Source: Eutreptiella sp. 'Long Island Sound 2002'
Lineage: Eukaryota; Protista; Euglenida
Direction of reading: 5' to 3'
Assembly: GCA_964036045.1 (NCBI GenBank)
Contig: OZ038379.1
Span: 6,944,001-7,008,000 of the forward strand
Length of the DNA stretch: 64,000 bases
Under the pieces are notes generated by a model that did no database searches, was not told the origin of the DNA, and was given only the letters and a program-made list of their open reading frames with translations. Numbering within the stretch: the first letter of the stretch is position 1; each line of letters opens with the position of its first letter. Positions 62,592-64,000 of the stretch are shown one piece after another. Made by a program: the position numbers and the translations under genes.

Positions 62592-62966
62592 GCCTAACCG
62601 AGCCAGAACCCAAGCACAAATCAAACCCGAGCCACACCCCAAAACCGCTAACCCTTGACTCCTAACCAAGCCCGCCGAGGGAACACCGAAACCACAGCCC
62701 ACACCCACAGCCCACACAGCCGCCTAACCAGCCAGCTCCAGAAGCAAAGAGACACCTCACCAAACCCACCCTGACCCAAGCCTAACCGAGCCGAAGCCCC
62801 AACACAAATCAAACCTGAGCCACACCCCGAAACCGTCAACCCTTGACTCCAAACCAGGCCCGCTGAGGGAAATACGTAGACACAGCCCACAGCCACAGCC
62901 CACACAGCCGCCTAACCAGCCAGCACCAGAAGCAAAGAGACACCTAACCAAACCCACCCTGACCCA
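62592..62966. repeat. 188-bp tandem duplication
   Basis: gcctaaccgagcc...gagacacct.accaaacccaccctgaccca at 62592 and 62780. Confidence 0.85.
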
Positions 62967-63286
62967 TACCCGTGTACATCAGGACACGCAAGCCGCACCC
63001 CTGGGGCGCGACCGCCGCCACAGCACCGACGACACACGCCAGAGGACACAACGCTATTGCACCGCCGCACCAACTGCCCGTGCCTGTGCCTGCAGTGTAC
63101 GCGCCCCTGTTTTTCTCTTTTTTGTTTTTTCTTTTTTTTTTCCCAAAAAAAAAAAAACAAGTAAAAAAAAAAAAAAAAAAGTAAAAAAAAAAAAAAACAA
63201 AAAAAAAAAAAAAAAAAAAACGAAAAATTAGGGGGGGAGGAAGAGGGACACAACCACCCATGGCACACGCGCACCGCACACAGCAC

Positions 63287-63458
63287 GCACACCGGTGAAC
63301 AGGAGCCCAGTGGCCCAGGACACCGCACATGCAACACAACACACCGAGCGAGCACACCGGTGAACAGGAGCCAGCTGGCCCAGGACACCGCAGACGCACC
63401 ACAGCAAACCGCGCGGGCACACCGGTGAACAGGAGCCCAGCGGCCCAGGACACTGCAC
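63287..63458. repeat. 65-bp tandem repeat, about 2.6 copies
   Basis: gcacaccggtgaacaggagcc...ggcccaggacac at 63287, 63352 and 63417. Confidence 0.85.
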
Positions 63459-64000
63459 ACACGTAGGGCGGCCGAGGGACAGGAAAGAACCAATACCCCA
63501 TGGGTCGGACGCACTGGGGCGACCCAGCCGACCCACCGGGCCAGTGGCAGGAGCGGTACTCCAAGGCCACTGGTCCGAGCCCGGCCAGGCTGCATCGGGG
63601 ACCATGGCAAACGTCACCCGGAGCCATGGAAGCAACCGGTGACAGGCGAGCCGGTACACAGTCCAGGAGGGGGTCACCTGCCAAGCAGAGTGGCCCCGCA
63701 ACTCAAGCCACAAGGGTGAGGCGGACGTACCGTAGACAAGCGGGAGCAATACCCCTTGTGGTGAGAGATACTCCACACGGCTGGGCAGCCCCCCAGAGCT
63801 GCCGCCCAAAGGAGGGGGCATGTGGCCCTACCCATGGACACATGTGGGGACACCCTCCCACCTGGGACACATGGACCGGGTGGCCGCGACAATGCCTTCC
63901 CAAGCACATGCGGGAGCGGCTCAAGAGGCACCTGACATAGGGCAGTGGGAGGGACAGGACGTCCCCTTGGTAAGACCTTCTTCCTGCAATGTCAAAGGAG

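Larger units (their letters stand above)
55602..63225 (+). mobile_element. 5'-truncated non-LTR retrotransposon (RNase H + CCHC end) plus contiguous C/A-biased 3' region; right boundary uncertain
   Basis: RNase H and zinc-knuckle ORF, uniform C/A strand bias from 55602 to beyond 63200, and an A-rich tract at ~63146-63225. No TSD found. Confidence 0.6.

Noticed and set aside
57342-62717. Many Gly/Val/Trp/Cys-rich minus-strand ORFs and Pro/Arg-rich alternative plus frames (e.g. 57403-59745, 60092-61837)
   Set aside because: Artefacts of extreme C/A strand bias that depletes stop codons.
62592-62966. cctaacc motifs as telomeric repeats
   Set aside because: Scattered single motifs within a 188-bp duplication, not a tandem CCCTAA array.

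Overview
This is repeat-rich eukaryotic genomic DNA from a protist, plausibly a euglenozoan (inferred from the retroelement type and ligase family; not provable here). It has GC3-rich exons and multi-kb GT-AG introns. Main contents: (1) One minus-strand exon of an ATP-dependent DNA ligase (434-576), with two BRCT-like relics upstream on the same strand. (2) A large inverted repeat with ~1.3-kb arms (9616-10932 versus 12979-14015 + 19307-19646). Its right arm is interrupted by a complete-looking 5.3-kb tyrosine-recombinase retrotransposon (14016-19306). The element has gag-YR-RT/RNaseH order (VIPER/TATE-like) and split direct repeats A1...B1A2...B2. The left arm preserves the empty target, so the integration can be read directly: a 2-bp CT crossover inside a CCTTAAGG palindrome, which also matches the internal B1/A2 circle-junction copy. 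(3) An 8-exon gene of at least 2385 aa (34352-55601) for a giant secreted or surface glycoprotein with about 20 Ig-like Cys-paired repeats. (4) A 5'-truncated RNaseH-bearing non-LTR retroelement that starts exactly where exon 8 stops, followed by a degenerate ~1,500-codon extra ORF with a possible cysteine-protease-like domain. There are also many tandem, dispersed and MITE-like repeats and small gene-fragment cassettes. No rRNA, tRNA or CRISPR array was recognised.
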